64,000 nucleotides of DNA. Origin: Bugula neritina. Taxonomy: Eukaryota > Animalia > Bryozoa. The translations under genes and the position numbers were made by a program. The stretch covers positions 11,294,698 to 11,358,697 of the forward strand of contig OZ037765.1 in the NCBI GenBank assembly GCA_964035545.1. Reading direction: 5' to 3'. This document shows, piece after piece, positions 51,326-64,000 of the stretch (position 1 is its first letter; each line of letters starts with the position of its first letter). A model generated the notes under the pieces. The model searched no databases. It was not told the origin of the DNA and worked only from the letters and a program-made list of their open reading frames with translations.

Positions 51326-53959
51326 ATGAAATATTTTTGCACGTTTGAAAGTCGCTCAAGGCTAAAGATATTAACTAAAAAGTAGATTTTCAATGTACTA
51401 TGGTTATTATTTATTAAAATATGACTGTCTTAGTTGAATATAAAATTTATTTATTATGATTAATAATAATATTCACTATTCATTTATTTTTAATTTCATT
51501 GTAATTGCTCTTTTCAAAATGCTCGCAGTGACGATAAAGTTATTTCAACGACTCGCTGTTGTCGAACAAAATTTAGCCTTGCAGTTGTCGCAATTTTCGA
51601 GACACTCTTTCACGAAAAGATAAATCTTTGAGTTCTAGTTCTAGGGGCCCTGGGAAGGAGGACAGTAACAAAAATTCCCTTAAATTTTATCAAACCGTTC
51701 TAGAGCTTATTCAACAGCTATGGCACCTTTGATTTTTGAGCTTTTCTAGATCTGTAGAAAATTAGGTAATGCTCATCATGTGGTTTAAATCTCTATCTGA
51801 GCTGAGTTTTAGAGAAAACACTGCAGGCAGCCAATTAATGACTTTTGAAACCTTAGCCAAATGTCATACCGAGATTTGGTAGTTTGTATCAATTATTCCC
51901 AACTCACTGTAAACGAGTATATCGTAGTCTTTAGCTTATAAGTTGGTGTATTCATATGTTTTGCTAAGCTAAGTTCATCTGGAGGGGAAATAAGGCCTCC
52001 GGGATAGGGTGTTAGTCTTGTGGTGCTCCACAGTCTTGGTTTCTGGGTTGAGCAGTCATTAGTATTCTAATGCATCCTCAATTTAGGTAGGATATTTACA
52101 ATTTATCTTACTAAAACCTTCTTTCTATACCCCTCTCCCCCTTTATGCGCTGCACACTCTTTCACACATCTACAATATTATTTATAATCATCACACAGGT
52201 CATACCTATACACTATAACTTGCATTACTGCGGCCTAAATGTCCTAATTTCTAGTTATTCTCTCTTAATTTCTGAATAATGAAGGAGAGAGGAATAACTG
52301 CATGTTTGTTAATCAATTCAAGATTGGAATATAACACATGGCATTCCTGCGTGTATGCCTCATTTTTTTCTCCAGAAGAGTTAAAGAATTAATGTTGGGT
52401 TGAGACATTCTGCTAAAAAGTTCAGCATAATGCATGTGAAAAAACCTTCAGTCTAGATGAGGAAATTCTTGAACCAATGTTTCTGAAAATGGATCCTCAT
52501 TGATAGTTTTGTATTTCCAGGTTTTACTCAAAGGAAACACATACTGAAGTTGTGAACATCACTTAACTTTGATTATTGTGGTCATATGTGGCCCAACACT
52601 ATAAAGCAGTAAGTAGTAAAAGCACAGGCTTCATGATCTGTAGGTTAACTACCTTAAGGTGATGATTTATCCAGAGAAGGTTAGTCGACAACCAAAATAG
52701 TTGAAAGTTTGCCAGTCTTGTAGAAATCTTAAGCTCAATTGTGATATCTTCAGAGGCGATGGTTACAAGTTGATAATACAAGCAATTTTATGATGAATAT
52801 TTTTTAATAATCTCAAAAGTTCTCTGCAGAAAAATTATTAATCCGTGTATAAAACATTTCGAGCAACATAGTAATATTGTGTACATACCTTAACATACCA
52901 GCAATTAGACAAAAAAGCAAAATCTAGATTGTTGAAACTTATGAAACTAGCAATAAACATGTTATTTATTGGCTTTCCATTGTTGAATGAAAAAGCAACA
53001 ATGGAATACCAATATATGTATATTGTTATTGCTATTTCATAACTGTCAACAATTATGCAAATTGTATTTGATATAGTGAAATTGTTGCAACAATAGAGGT
53101 AAATTGGTAAGAATCTATGTGTTTTTATGTTTTGTTGATGAGTCGTCAAATGTTGCCTCAAAGTGGATTCAAATTTTCTGGTGACAAAACAGATTGATTA
53201 TTTCAGTTGCTATTGGGGAGGGGGGGGGAGGGCAATAGTTTTAATTTTATACCACAATCTTAAGTTATTCTTTTGTTGAATTTGCCATTTACACTTGTTT
53301 CTTAACTTACATGTATATCATTAGTTATGTAAGTGTAAAAACAACAATTTCATTTTTTCTTACTTCAAGGACAGAACCCCTGCTAACAAAAAGAGGATCT
53401 ATCAAGTTTAGCCATTTAATAGTTTCTATAATATGTTCATTGGCTTGTCATGTGGGTACGAAACTAACTTCCTTCAAACTCTGCTTTTCTGCAGTTATGC
53501 AAATTGGTATCTTCTAAATATTTTTCTCATCTAAAACTCCCTTCTCTATGATAAAACTTGGTAGAGCTTTGAGGATTAATTATGTTACTTGTCCATGATT
53601 TCAACACCACTTATCAATAGAAAGACTTTTTATCTTAATAGTACTTGATTTTAACTTTTTAATGTCAATAATCAATACTTAGTGCCTATAATATGCACGT
53701 ATAACTTGAAGTAAATGCCATAAGAGCTCGAAACCCACTGGCACTTCATTTTGTTTGCTTAAATTATACGGATTAATTAAAAAAGCTTGGTTGTTGTTAT
53801 ATTATAAGTTAGAGAAATCAATGCTAATTATTGTGATTCCCTAATAACTGTGTAAATACAATGGGTACACAAGGTCTTGCTTGGTCAGTGAATGAGATAT
53901 AGAACTTCAGCAATCAGTAATTTTTTATTATAATAGTTTGACAGGTTACAGTGTGATAC

Positions 53960-54016
53960 AGATAAAATATAATGCTTAATCACCTAGATAAAATATAATG
54001 CTTAATCACCTAGATA
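53960..54016 (+). repeat. Tandem duplication of about 26 bp
   Basis: GATAAAATATAATGCTTAATCACCTA occurs twice in tandem, downstream of the CaMKII stop. Confidence 0.9.
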
Positions 54017-54791
54017 TAGCCTCCTCTACAATACCACACTTACACTCTAAGGTAACATAAAATAAATATCTATAATATATTTATATATAATATGCTACTA
54101 TTTAGGGCACTACTAATTGAAATGAATGATAACAATGTTATTAAAATCCATTTAGTGAAAAAACAACAAGGTAACAGCAGAAATTGTATCCAAGTTATGG
54201 TTATGTTATATTTTATAGAGATAAGCAGAGCAAACTACAATGTATTGCACTTGCACGAAATTCAATATACCTAAAATAATAAAACTATAGTAAAAATTAC
54301 CCAACAATACAACTACTTCGTGTCTACTGAATTCGTGAAATGAATTGTTAGAAGCTACACATCAAAACAAAATTAAGTAGTGCCCCTACAGAGCCAGTAT
54401 TGAAATTGGAAACATCTTTTTTTGTAGTAAATCAATAGTAGTTGATAGGAACACCACCTTTTAATTTTTGAAAAATAAGAAAAAGCAAAAAAATAGTCAA
54501 ACACTCTTCACATATACAGATATGTTGTTTGAGCATGATAAAAGATATAGCAGCGCTATAATAATAAACAGGGAAAGGGCATTTAATACACTTTAGCCAA
54601 TGTAGACTATAGCAAGATGCTAAGAAATGTACAAAATGAAACCCAGAAAACATATTTATCCATAGAATGAACCAAATTATAGAATTTATAAGTGATGCAG
54701 AATCTAAAGTATCAACTACTCGTATTTCAAACTGAAAGTAAACGAAAGTTTATAATTAGTATGCGTGTCACACGATGAGCCTATTTACAAC

Positions 54792-57700
54792 TTAGTTGGT
54801 TGGTGCAGATGTTGATCCAGACCTATGCATGTGAACATTCTGCCAGCCATTACTTCGTCTCTGCCATATTCTCGTTTCTTCACACTGCATAGTTTTAGGT
54901 AAACCATTTCTGAAATTTAAAATTTGCAAGTTGAATAGCCTACATGATATACAAAATGATTGCAAATATACTGCATTTAACTTTGTGTCTGTTGTGTCTA
55001 CTGCAAAGCCTAATTAGTGGAAAACAGGCTGGCCTGTTAGGTACACACACTAATTCTATTTTAGACAGTTGTTGAGTGTGTACCAACGGCTATGAAGGAA
55101 TATTATTCCAGGCCAACTACTTTGCCTAAACTTTTTCAAAATCATAAGACATTTGGAAAAATTTAATGAATTCCAAGCAAAACCCTAACATTTCAAATTA
55201 AATTTTGTAGAAAAGAATCACTACTAAAAGTTGTCTAAAAGAAACCAACATTAAAAAGATTGAAATTTAATTGTTTCGACAATTTCTTTCAATAACTTTT
55301 AGGTTTTATTATTTTTTGTATCAACAATTTATTTTTACATTTTACTCGAAATTTAAAGCCTTCAATAAACAGAGTTTTCCTATCAAATAGTAATTTAAAC
55401 TAAAAGTTCTATCAAGTCATTGCTTCTTTATAAGAAAAGAGGCATGCAAACCAGAAGATAGAAAAGCAGCAACTCAAGGTGGAAGCAACTCTTAATTACA
55501 TAGGAAAACATTTTCATTTTTGCTCACACATATGATATCATAATGCAACTACCAAAGAAACAGTAAAACATGTACCTGTCAATATATTGAGTCAGTCTAT
55601 TGTAAGCTATAGCAGCAGCATCTTCCCCTAACAGGTGTACATGTGGATGAACAAGTGTAGTATTGATAGCCTTGCTGTAATTGGGCAACACTACAACAAA
55701 TTTAATATTACATATACATACATACAAACATACATATATTTAATGTTATGCATACTTACAGTTATACTAGTGTTGCGTGTTATATATAGAGAACGCACCA
55801 TGTAAATCGGCATTAATGAAAATGCAAAGATAGATATTCATTATAAGAGCTACACAACTTTGCTATGATAATATAATAAAAATTAAATGAAAATCCTAAT
55901 CTAACCAGTAAAAATGGGTAGACTAAGGTAAAGCAGACAAAGTAAGTGAAACCATATAAAATAATAATGAGTATAAGAGCTAAAACATGAACACTAAATG
56001 TGTGACTCACCATTGTCAAAGTAGAACTTATGAAATTCTAATCCTTCAACAAGGTATCCCTGCGCCTCTGGCTCAAAGCAAGTCAAATTTGGATCACACA
56101 GATTGCTGTAAGTATATAGATATATTATATAGGCCGGCCTATTATATATTTTAAAATTAAGTACAAGATCATTGATATTTAGTTTCTTACAACATATTTG
56201 TGTATCCACTATTGTTGTATTTTGTATATTTTTTTGAAATTCCAGGCAATATTTAAAAGTCATATTTGCCTATTTGTTGCCTTATCATTGAAGTTGTTGT
56301 TAAATACAGTTGACTAAGAGACAAATTTAATACAATTTTTCCGTATAACTTTCCTTAGCACATTTCCCAAACTTAGTCAACATAAATGATCAGCTCTTGA
56401 GTTAAACTTATATAAATATAAATAGAAGCAGCACCGAGTTAAGGGTGACTGAGTACAGTATTTGTACCCACATCGGTATCAACCTCCAAACTCAGACCAT
56501 CAAATTAATGTACTCAGTGACTACCAACTCAGTGCTGCTTTAAAACATTTTCTGAAGAGTTTCCTGAATTACTTTCTGGTGGTAGATATAGCAATACAAA
56601 CCTATACTCCTCAAAGTTTCCTGAAGTAATAGCTCCAATAAGCACTTCGGTTAGCTTTATGATTTCTGCCTTCTTATCTAAAAGTACAGCTGCCTGCATG
56701 TACATTCAACATACAAAATGTGAAATATTTCTATATTTTTGCATATCTAGATAGCAAATTGAACCAAAATATTATATACAAATATAATTAATAGTTATTT
56801 ATACACACTGTTTCTAGCAAAGACAAAGCTAACCCAAAACAACAGTAATGGTTATAGAAGAGCTTCACTAAACAGGAGGGAAACAAAACACAATACAATA
56901 TTTGTACACTTGTTACATTAAAGACAGGGTAAACTACAGGTCCTAAAATTTAGCATAGCTTCTAAAGGTATATTAACTTTCACCAGCAAAAGGTGTATTA
57001 AAGACTGTACAATAAGTAACCTTGTTCTACAAGAAAAATTGATATTACGGAATTGCTTAATTATTGTACTTGCGGATTGTTCTAAAGGCGCAATTCCTTT
57101 TTATATAAATAAACTAACAATTCTAAAAGCAAATTCATATTTTAAAAAAAATTTCAAGTAAGAATATTAATTTTGCAATGTCCCTTAAAACAGATTTTAT
57201 ACAGTTGTTCACTTTAATCAAACTTTTATTTGGTCAAAGCTAATGGTGCATTGGAGTTGACTATAATTTTTGGTCAGTTTAGGGGTATATGATTTTCGGT
57301 TGACAAAATGACAAGTCATGTATAAAAAATGGAATTTCCGCTTGTGCAATGGGATTTTCCAGAATTTTCTGCATGAATTTCAGCAACTTTAAACAATTGG
57401 AGATGTAAGTAATGGCCCTCATATGTATTGGAAATTTAAGTTATTGACTCATTTTACCATCCTTGACCTACCATTTGCTTTTGAGCTCACAGCCAATGCA
57501 TGAACTTTCTGAATTTAATTTTGTTCTATTTAAATTTTATAAATCAATTAAAGATGGCCAACATGTTGCATAGTAAAAGGTAAGTTTTGGTTACAGTTTG
57601 GGTTAAGTCAAAGTCACTTACTATTTATTAGATGTAATAATCTAAACAACCCACTCAGGGTGAGGATGGGCTACCACTACACCACTGGGTAGCCTACATT

Positions 57701-60700
57701 ATAACCTTTCAAACACAATATTTCTCGGGGGGGGGGGGGGGGGGGGGGTCGCTGAGAAGGGTTTTAATAAAATATATAACAAAATTGGGCCAGGTCTCTA
57801 ACCACTACACCACAGCCATTCCCAATTTCTACTAGGGCATTAAAATCAATTGATCAAGAATTGCCTAAAATAAAGAGCTGAAATTGAGTGAAAATTATAA
57901 CATTTTAAGTGGGCAAACTAATAACATTCGAATAGAATAATTATTTCAGTAGAATAATTGAAAAGGGTACACAACTCTCAAGTAAGTTATGCAATAATAA
58001 TAATAACCTAAAATATAGATTGTTAGCGTATTAGTATATGCCATATTAGGGTACAAGATTAGAGCACAAAGTAACAAAGTATAATATGTTCAAACATTTG
58101 CTGTCTTGTCATGCATCAAAGCCAATCAAGAATTGGCTTTCATCATTAAAACACTGTGAATGGCCGCACAGCTAGAGCTTTGAAATGATTCGATGCATGG
58201 AAAGACAGCGAGTCAGGTGAAAATGATAAGAGCCAGTGCAGTGGGTGTCACCAGATACAGCATAGAAATAATAGAAACTTGATAGCATGAGGAACACAAA
58301 TGTATAGAAAGAGGGTGGTGACAATTGTACTAAGAAATTACACAAAAATGACTGAGAAACTAAGCTAGGAGCAAGACTGCTGCTCAAAACGACACAGATG
58401 GAATAACAAAAGTAAGCAAAGTTATAAGAGTATAAAGTAGCCACTGTTCTAAGACAATGTAAACCACTAGTGGGGTCAACATTTCATCTCTCACTCATAC
58501 TCACTATTAGCATTGTATAATGTGCCGTTAGGCACGCATACTGTGGTATCCGTTTTCTGGATGACCGTATTAGATTTTTCTACATGGTCAGATTTTTTCC
58601 CTGAGGAAAGGAGAGAGAGAATAGTTAAGCTAGACTGCACATACAGTGTTAAATTTTAGACAAGTTCTTTAGGGTGCTAAAGTAAGTAATATGTAGTGCT
58701 TGAAGTAACCACAACACAGTAAAGTTTTGCGTTAGATGTGCTTGGCATACAAGGTTAGAAAGTTTCACCTTGCTAAAGAGGAGATAAGTCTAACACAGTG
58801 CTGCGATAAGTAGAGGAGCATATATTATTATGTGAAATACTACTAAAGCAGTTTAGCACCAGAAGTAAAACATGTTTCCATCCCTGATAGTAATGTTAAC
58901 AAAGCTAAAGATGCCAGTAAGCCTGGCTAAACTACTTTGGTTATTCCACTACTAAAGCCTGCTCCACCTTAGCTTTTATACTAGTTGCAACGGAATTAAA
59001 ATTTTACTACTAAATAAAATTTTACTTTGGGTCATCTATAAATTTTGATTGGTTATTACCAAGTTTACATCTTCTAATTAACTACTAGTCTAGATAAGTG
59101 AGTTAGATTGGCTTCAGTGAGAAGTGCCTGGATTATGTTGCTAAATTATCAATTTATGATAATATTGATGATTATAATTATACTTTATAATAAAATCGTG
59201 TAAAAAAGAATGATGTAAAAATTAGAGAAATACACAGCAATATAAATTGTTATACTTTATATGGCCATAACGATTATAACTGTATCAATAAGGTATGCAT
59301 TAACTAAACATAAGAATGATGCCTATTAATAAACTGAAACTGAAATATCCATATTTAAAAATACTGGTGATCAAAATGACTGTTCTATGGCGATAAAAAA
59401 GTTACTATTACTTATAAATGCTTATTTATTATAGAGCAAATGAATAAAAAAAAGTTTTCGATTAGACTTGAAGTAAATAGCTGAGTTGTTTAAAAACAAT
59501 TTATTTAAAAAGTTTAGAGTAGTTATAGCTAGCAACTAAACTCTAAAGCAGTAATAAATGTTAGAATATATCAAGTCAAAGTATCATTTAATAAACTATT
59601 TCATATTTTACCGAAAAATTAGGCAAAATGATAGAAATTAAATAGAGAATACTTTATCGTTTGAAACTCATTGAGGCAATAGTTGTTGTTGGAGATGGAG
59701 ATGATTAACCATCCACTAGAATTAATAGGCCAAACTTAAACTTCAAATGCTAGGTTACCCCATCTTAACTTTTAAAGGAGGATTAAATTAGAAGATGTAA
59801 ACTTTGAAATAAAACAGATAAATCTGTCAATCTATTGCGTAACAAACAGTATTATTGATTTTTATACAAAATAATACTATGCTCAAATATTTTACAGTTC
59901 AATTGAAAATGCAAAAAGAATTCAAAAGCTTTTCAAACTGCCTATTGCTCATACTTTTTTCAACAGGAGATTATAGATTAAAATATTCCAACCCCCACCT
60001 AGAGTACTAGTATCGGCAAAAAAATTATTGAATTTACTTATTAAAGGAGGAACAAATTTTGAAAATAGCCAATGCCAGTAAGTGTTACTTTTACACAGCA
60101 TAACTCCTTAACTTAGGGTTATTCACTAGCCAACTAATGACTGGAGCAGTGATGTTACATAGATTTAGTGATGTAGTTCTACACTAGAGAGAAGAGTGAT
60201 TATGAAACGCTAGTGCTACACCCTGTGTAAAAGGACAAAGATTAGATACAACTTAACATATATTAAAGCATTAGGCAGCAGGAATGCAAAGAAAACCTGC
60301 AAACCTGTAGCATTTATTGCGTCACAAACTATTGTTTGAACTGGCGCAGTACCCTGTCCTCGTCCTACAACAAGTTATACATACAAACTAGTTACTCGAG
60401 GTGTGAGTAACTCAACTCTCAGTGATGTCTATTCAGCAACTATTTTCTAACATTGTTTAAAGCCAAAAATACAATACAGACGTTTTAATTCCTATCGGCT
60501 TTGAGTGCCTATTCTAAAGAGCCTGATTCAAAAAACAAGTTGAAGAAAAGCAGGAAATAGACACCATGACACATCTATAGACTACTTTAACAAGAACTTA
60601 GCGCTATTGTAGTCCAGCAGTGAACCCAACTAACACCATTAAAGGTGCTTTCTCAGCTTACTTTGAAGCTTTAATCTACTTTGTAAATTAACCTTAGAGT

Positions 60701-62245
60701 AGTAAATAGTCCCAATCCAAATGCTACTGCTACTATTTCAAGTTGTACATGTTTATCTACAACTTGAAACAGTCTACACTTACTTCTTGTATCATCAGTC
60801 TCATCCATAGTGCTACCGTCAGAGTTATCCTTGGCATCTGCCTTCTTCCCCAACAGATTCTTACCTGCAATATATAAAGCAAGGTATATTTTATTTGAAA
60901 ACAGCGTTGTACACAGTCTTTCCTAATAATACAATAATATATTGTAATAGCAGCTAAACTTGAATCAATATGAATATGCAACTGAATTTTCAGAATTTGG
61001 TAGATGCTTGCAATTCTCCAGTAAGAAGCCCAGCGGGAACAAGCCAACAGCTTCTTTTAGAAAACCTACCATTTACTATTGCTTGCTACCAGTAGACCTG
61101 GAACCTTATAGAGAGTGACAACTCCAATAGTATTATGAACAATGCACAAATGGAGTTTAAAGTACTGCAATACATGATATTAAAACAGTTATACTTGTTC
61201 ACGAGCCCAGAATAGATCAGATGCTTTATATGCTTGTATTGTCCACTCACTAACACAGAGTAAAACATGTAGTAAAACATGTAGTATTACACGAGGTCAA
61301 GAAAACAAAAGAAAGATATTAGGAGCATAAAACTAGAATGAAATGTATTAAGGTTTGAATAAGAGAACCAAGAAGGCGTTGGTAGTCACACAGGTATGAT
61401 AGAGAATACTGGGCATGTGCATAATATGTTGGTTATCTGGTGAGCACAACTTCCACTAACACCTCAAAAGGGGGGCAAACATACAACCATGTAGAAACCA
61501 ATACTTACAAGTCAAGTTAGCAAACTGAGAGTTAAAATTAACAGCTGAAGTTGATTTTATAGTAGACTCCCGTGGAACACCTACTGATGGTTGTGAAGCC
61601 TTAGCACTTTGAACTGTAGCAAGAAAAGATAAGTTCAAACTACTTGATATACACAATGAAATAATCTGCAAGAATTAAAGTAGAAGCTTTTAGTTACTCA
61701 CTATGAAGATGAAGAAAGATAAAACGCAAGAAAATTCCAAATGATGAGTTCTAGAAATTTCTATCAAATAATTTAAACAATGCTCAAGCATCAACAATGA
61801 AATTCCAATGATTGTGACATCATAATCGGCAAGTCATTAAATACTGGATATATTTTAAACCACTAGAAAAGTATCATTCGAAACCTCATGCAAGAGAGAA
61901 CAACTCAAAACTATTGGCTCAGTTGAGTATTTGACTGCTGCCTAAATATTGATACAGTTCTACCATGTGCTTACCACTAATAAAATCAGAAGGGTAACCT
62001 GTTTAAAATCCAATATAATGAATATGAATGAACTTATCATCATCAAGCAATAAAATATACTTTATAAAAGTACAATTGTAACATTGGAAGACATGCAGCA
62101 AACTTTCTAAAATAGGGAAATATTTTCAGGCAACTTGTAGTAGGGTCTATAAAAGTGCTCAACTAACTGTAGTGTGACAAGAAAAAACCATGCGGCAGAA
62201 GCTTACCGTCAGGGTCACAAACCAATGCATTTGTACCAAAGGGAC
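54792..62245 (-). CDS. CaMKII: Ca2+/calmodulin-dependent protein kinase II, 3' part only (variable linker plus association/hub domain); kinase exons lie outside the window to the right
   Basis: Hub exons 56677-56602 '[24 protein letters not shown]', 56105-56011 '[30 protein letters not shown]', 55690-55576 '[28 protein letters not shown]', 54909-54792 '[30 protein letters not shown]...*'. Linker exon 60864-60784 '[26 protein letters not shown]'. The right boundary reflects a less certain 39-nt cassette exon. Confidence 0.95.
56426..56540. mobile_element. Small MITE-like inverted repeat in a CaMKII intron
   Basis: AAGCAGCACCGAGTT..GTGACTGAGTACA mirrored by TGTACTCAGTGAC..AACTCAGTGCTGCTT, with TTAA on the right side. 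Confidence 0.55.
57727..57748 (+). repeat. G22 homopolymer in a CaMKII intron
   Basis: Direct reading. Confidence 0.9.
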
Positions 62246-64000
62246 CTAAACATAACCGAACCAATCTCAACATTTATAAAGAATAAATGTTTCAAGACGT
62301 CCACGTGTGAAAAAATTAAGAAATCAGTAGCATGGGGTACAGGTGGATCAACAAATAGAAACATCAAACACGTGGTAGAATTGATGCCAGTATGAAACAT
62401 TTAAAACCTGTAATACACAAATTTGTATAAGCAGATCCTACACAAAGGTAAAGGAAAATTGTTTAAACTTAGTATGAATACTTCTTTACAATCAACATGC
62501 GTAATAAAAACATGATTCACATTGACAACTGGAAAAGAAAAGATGAGAAATTTGGTTGTTGATAAAAGAGGTTATATCCAACACTTAATTCACTTATATT
62601 ACAACTGTGTTTTTTATAATTACCAATACTTTACATTTATTAGTAACTAAATAAATACCCACCTAAGTGATAGTGTAACTATTTTTAACAACGATATCAA
62701 TGTAGTATATTTTACAATTATTACTACAACAAAATCTTGAAATTGAATAAAACATTAGTTTAAATTTTAATTGAAATGTTTGTTTTTAAAGATTAATCAT
62801 CTGTTACAAAATTTGCTACAAAACTGATCTTAAAAATTGAGAAGACAACCCACAAATATATATGTATATTATGTATGTACTGCACGTACGTCATTAGGCC
62901 TAATTTTAATACTCAAACTATTTAATAAAATAATTATATACTGGTATAATACCATTAAATAATTAAAAGAGACTAAACAGAGAAGAATGAGATTGCTTAC
63001 ACTATGCACATCTTTATTTGAAATGAAAACCATAGGTTTAAAGGATTGCTCAATCTTAGTTTATTACAATCACATTATAATTATGAACTATAATCTAATG
63101 TGTATGCAAACAATTGTGACTTTGCAAAGGGATATGTGCCTAGAAAACAGCTTTTCAAAATTCCAATTTTGAGGGAGGTAAAATTTTCAGCCATGAAAAA
63201 GAATAGCCTAATACGTGACGCCAGTAACTATGCTGCACGTGCAAACTATAACGCTAGTATTCAAGGTTGCTGAGCACAACATCAACCAATAACGCTCAAG
63301 CAGTTACAGTGCGCTATATAGGTCAGCTTTGGTGTGCCCGTAATATTGCACAATCTGACCTAGTTTAGATCGATCGCAGGCATTCATCCTAAAGAATGCA
63401 TGTTTTTGCAATGCTTTTTTCTAATGTTTACAAGCAAAATATGGCCTAATGTTATCACATACATGTTATTTAAAATGTCAAAAAACTATAGATTGAGATA
63501 ATTCACATTTGCACTTCTATAAATATACAAATTACGAGCTGAAAGATCACATCTCACAGTCATATTTCTATAGTTATTCATTTGTATAGTCACGTGACCA
63601 GCAGGAATGCTGGCGCTGTTACGTCACATTTCCCAGCTCATTTCAAAATCGGCGTTTTGGCTGTTACCAATCTACACCCTCAACTTCAACTAACTTTTTC
63701 TACCTTCGGTCAAATGCTTTTTGTCAATGCATGCTTAGAAAAACACAATATTATGTGTGTTTGACCTAAATGGCCATTTATTAGACAAGATAGAGCAATC
63801 CCAATTATTCTAATATATTATATAAAAATTACCCTTTTTACTGAATGTCTGAAATACTTGTTCAAGATCCTGTTTTTGACCCAAAACCATGTTATTGTTA
63901 AACACATGGAGGGACAAAGCGTCCTGCACATGTAAACGGGACTGTGTATAGATAGATAGAGAGACGAAATAGACATATGCGTTAGAATGCACAGTAGATT

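Noticed and set aside
51157-51393. ORF with alternating T/V/L/S residues (similarly 48148-48342)
   Set aside because: Translation artefact of the 6-bp-periodic AT-rich tracts.
52830-54790. CPE elements in a long CaMKII 3' UTR
   Set aside because: TTTTAT-type words are uninformative at this AT content and the UTR end cannot be fixed.
61070-61105. Additional CaMKII microexon
   Set aside because: Acceptor and donor pairs give a stop, a phase mismatch or weak donors.

Overview
AT-rich, intron-dense animal (invertebrate) genomic DNA; the species cannot be determined from the sequence alone. Eight spliced protein-coding genes can be assembled by hand: HERPUD (+), ODAD4/TTC25 (+), PSMB3 (-), FBXW2 (-), DRG2 (+), SEC61A (+), TMEM209 (-) and the 3' half (variable linker and hub domain) of CaMKII (-), whose kinase exons lie beyond the right edge. 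Repeats include a hAT MITE with a perfect 8-bp TSD, a ~600-bp TTAA-flanked foldback element, a Tc1/pogo-type MITE, tRNA-derived SINEs, decayed LINE RT fragments and several tandem repeats. Most unusual signal: long 6-bp-periodic tracts, variable in sequence but locked in register, next to the 5' ends of five housekeeping genes and apparently not in internal introns. Other highlights are a U12-type intron in DRG2, a bank of frame-symmetric CaMKII linker exons with a possible internal promoter and a recursive-type splice site, and a palindromic poly(A) signal shared by two convergent genes. Most short ORFs in the supplied track are intron read-through or chance.
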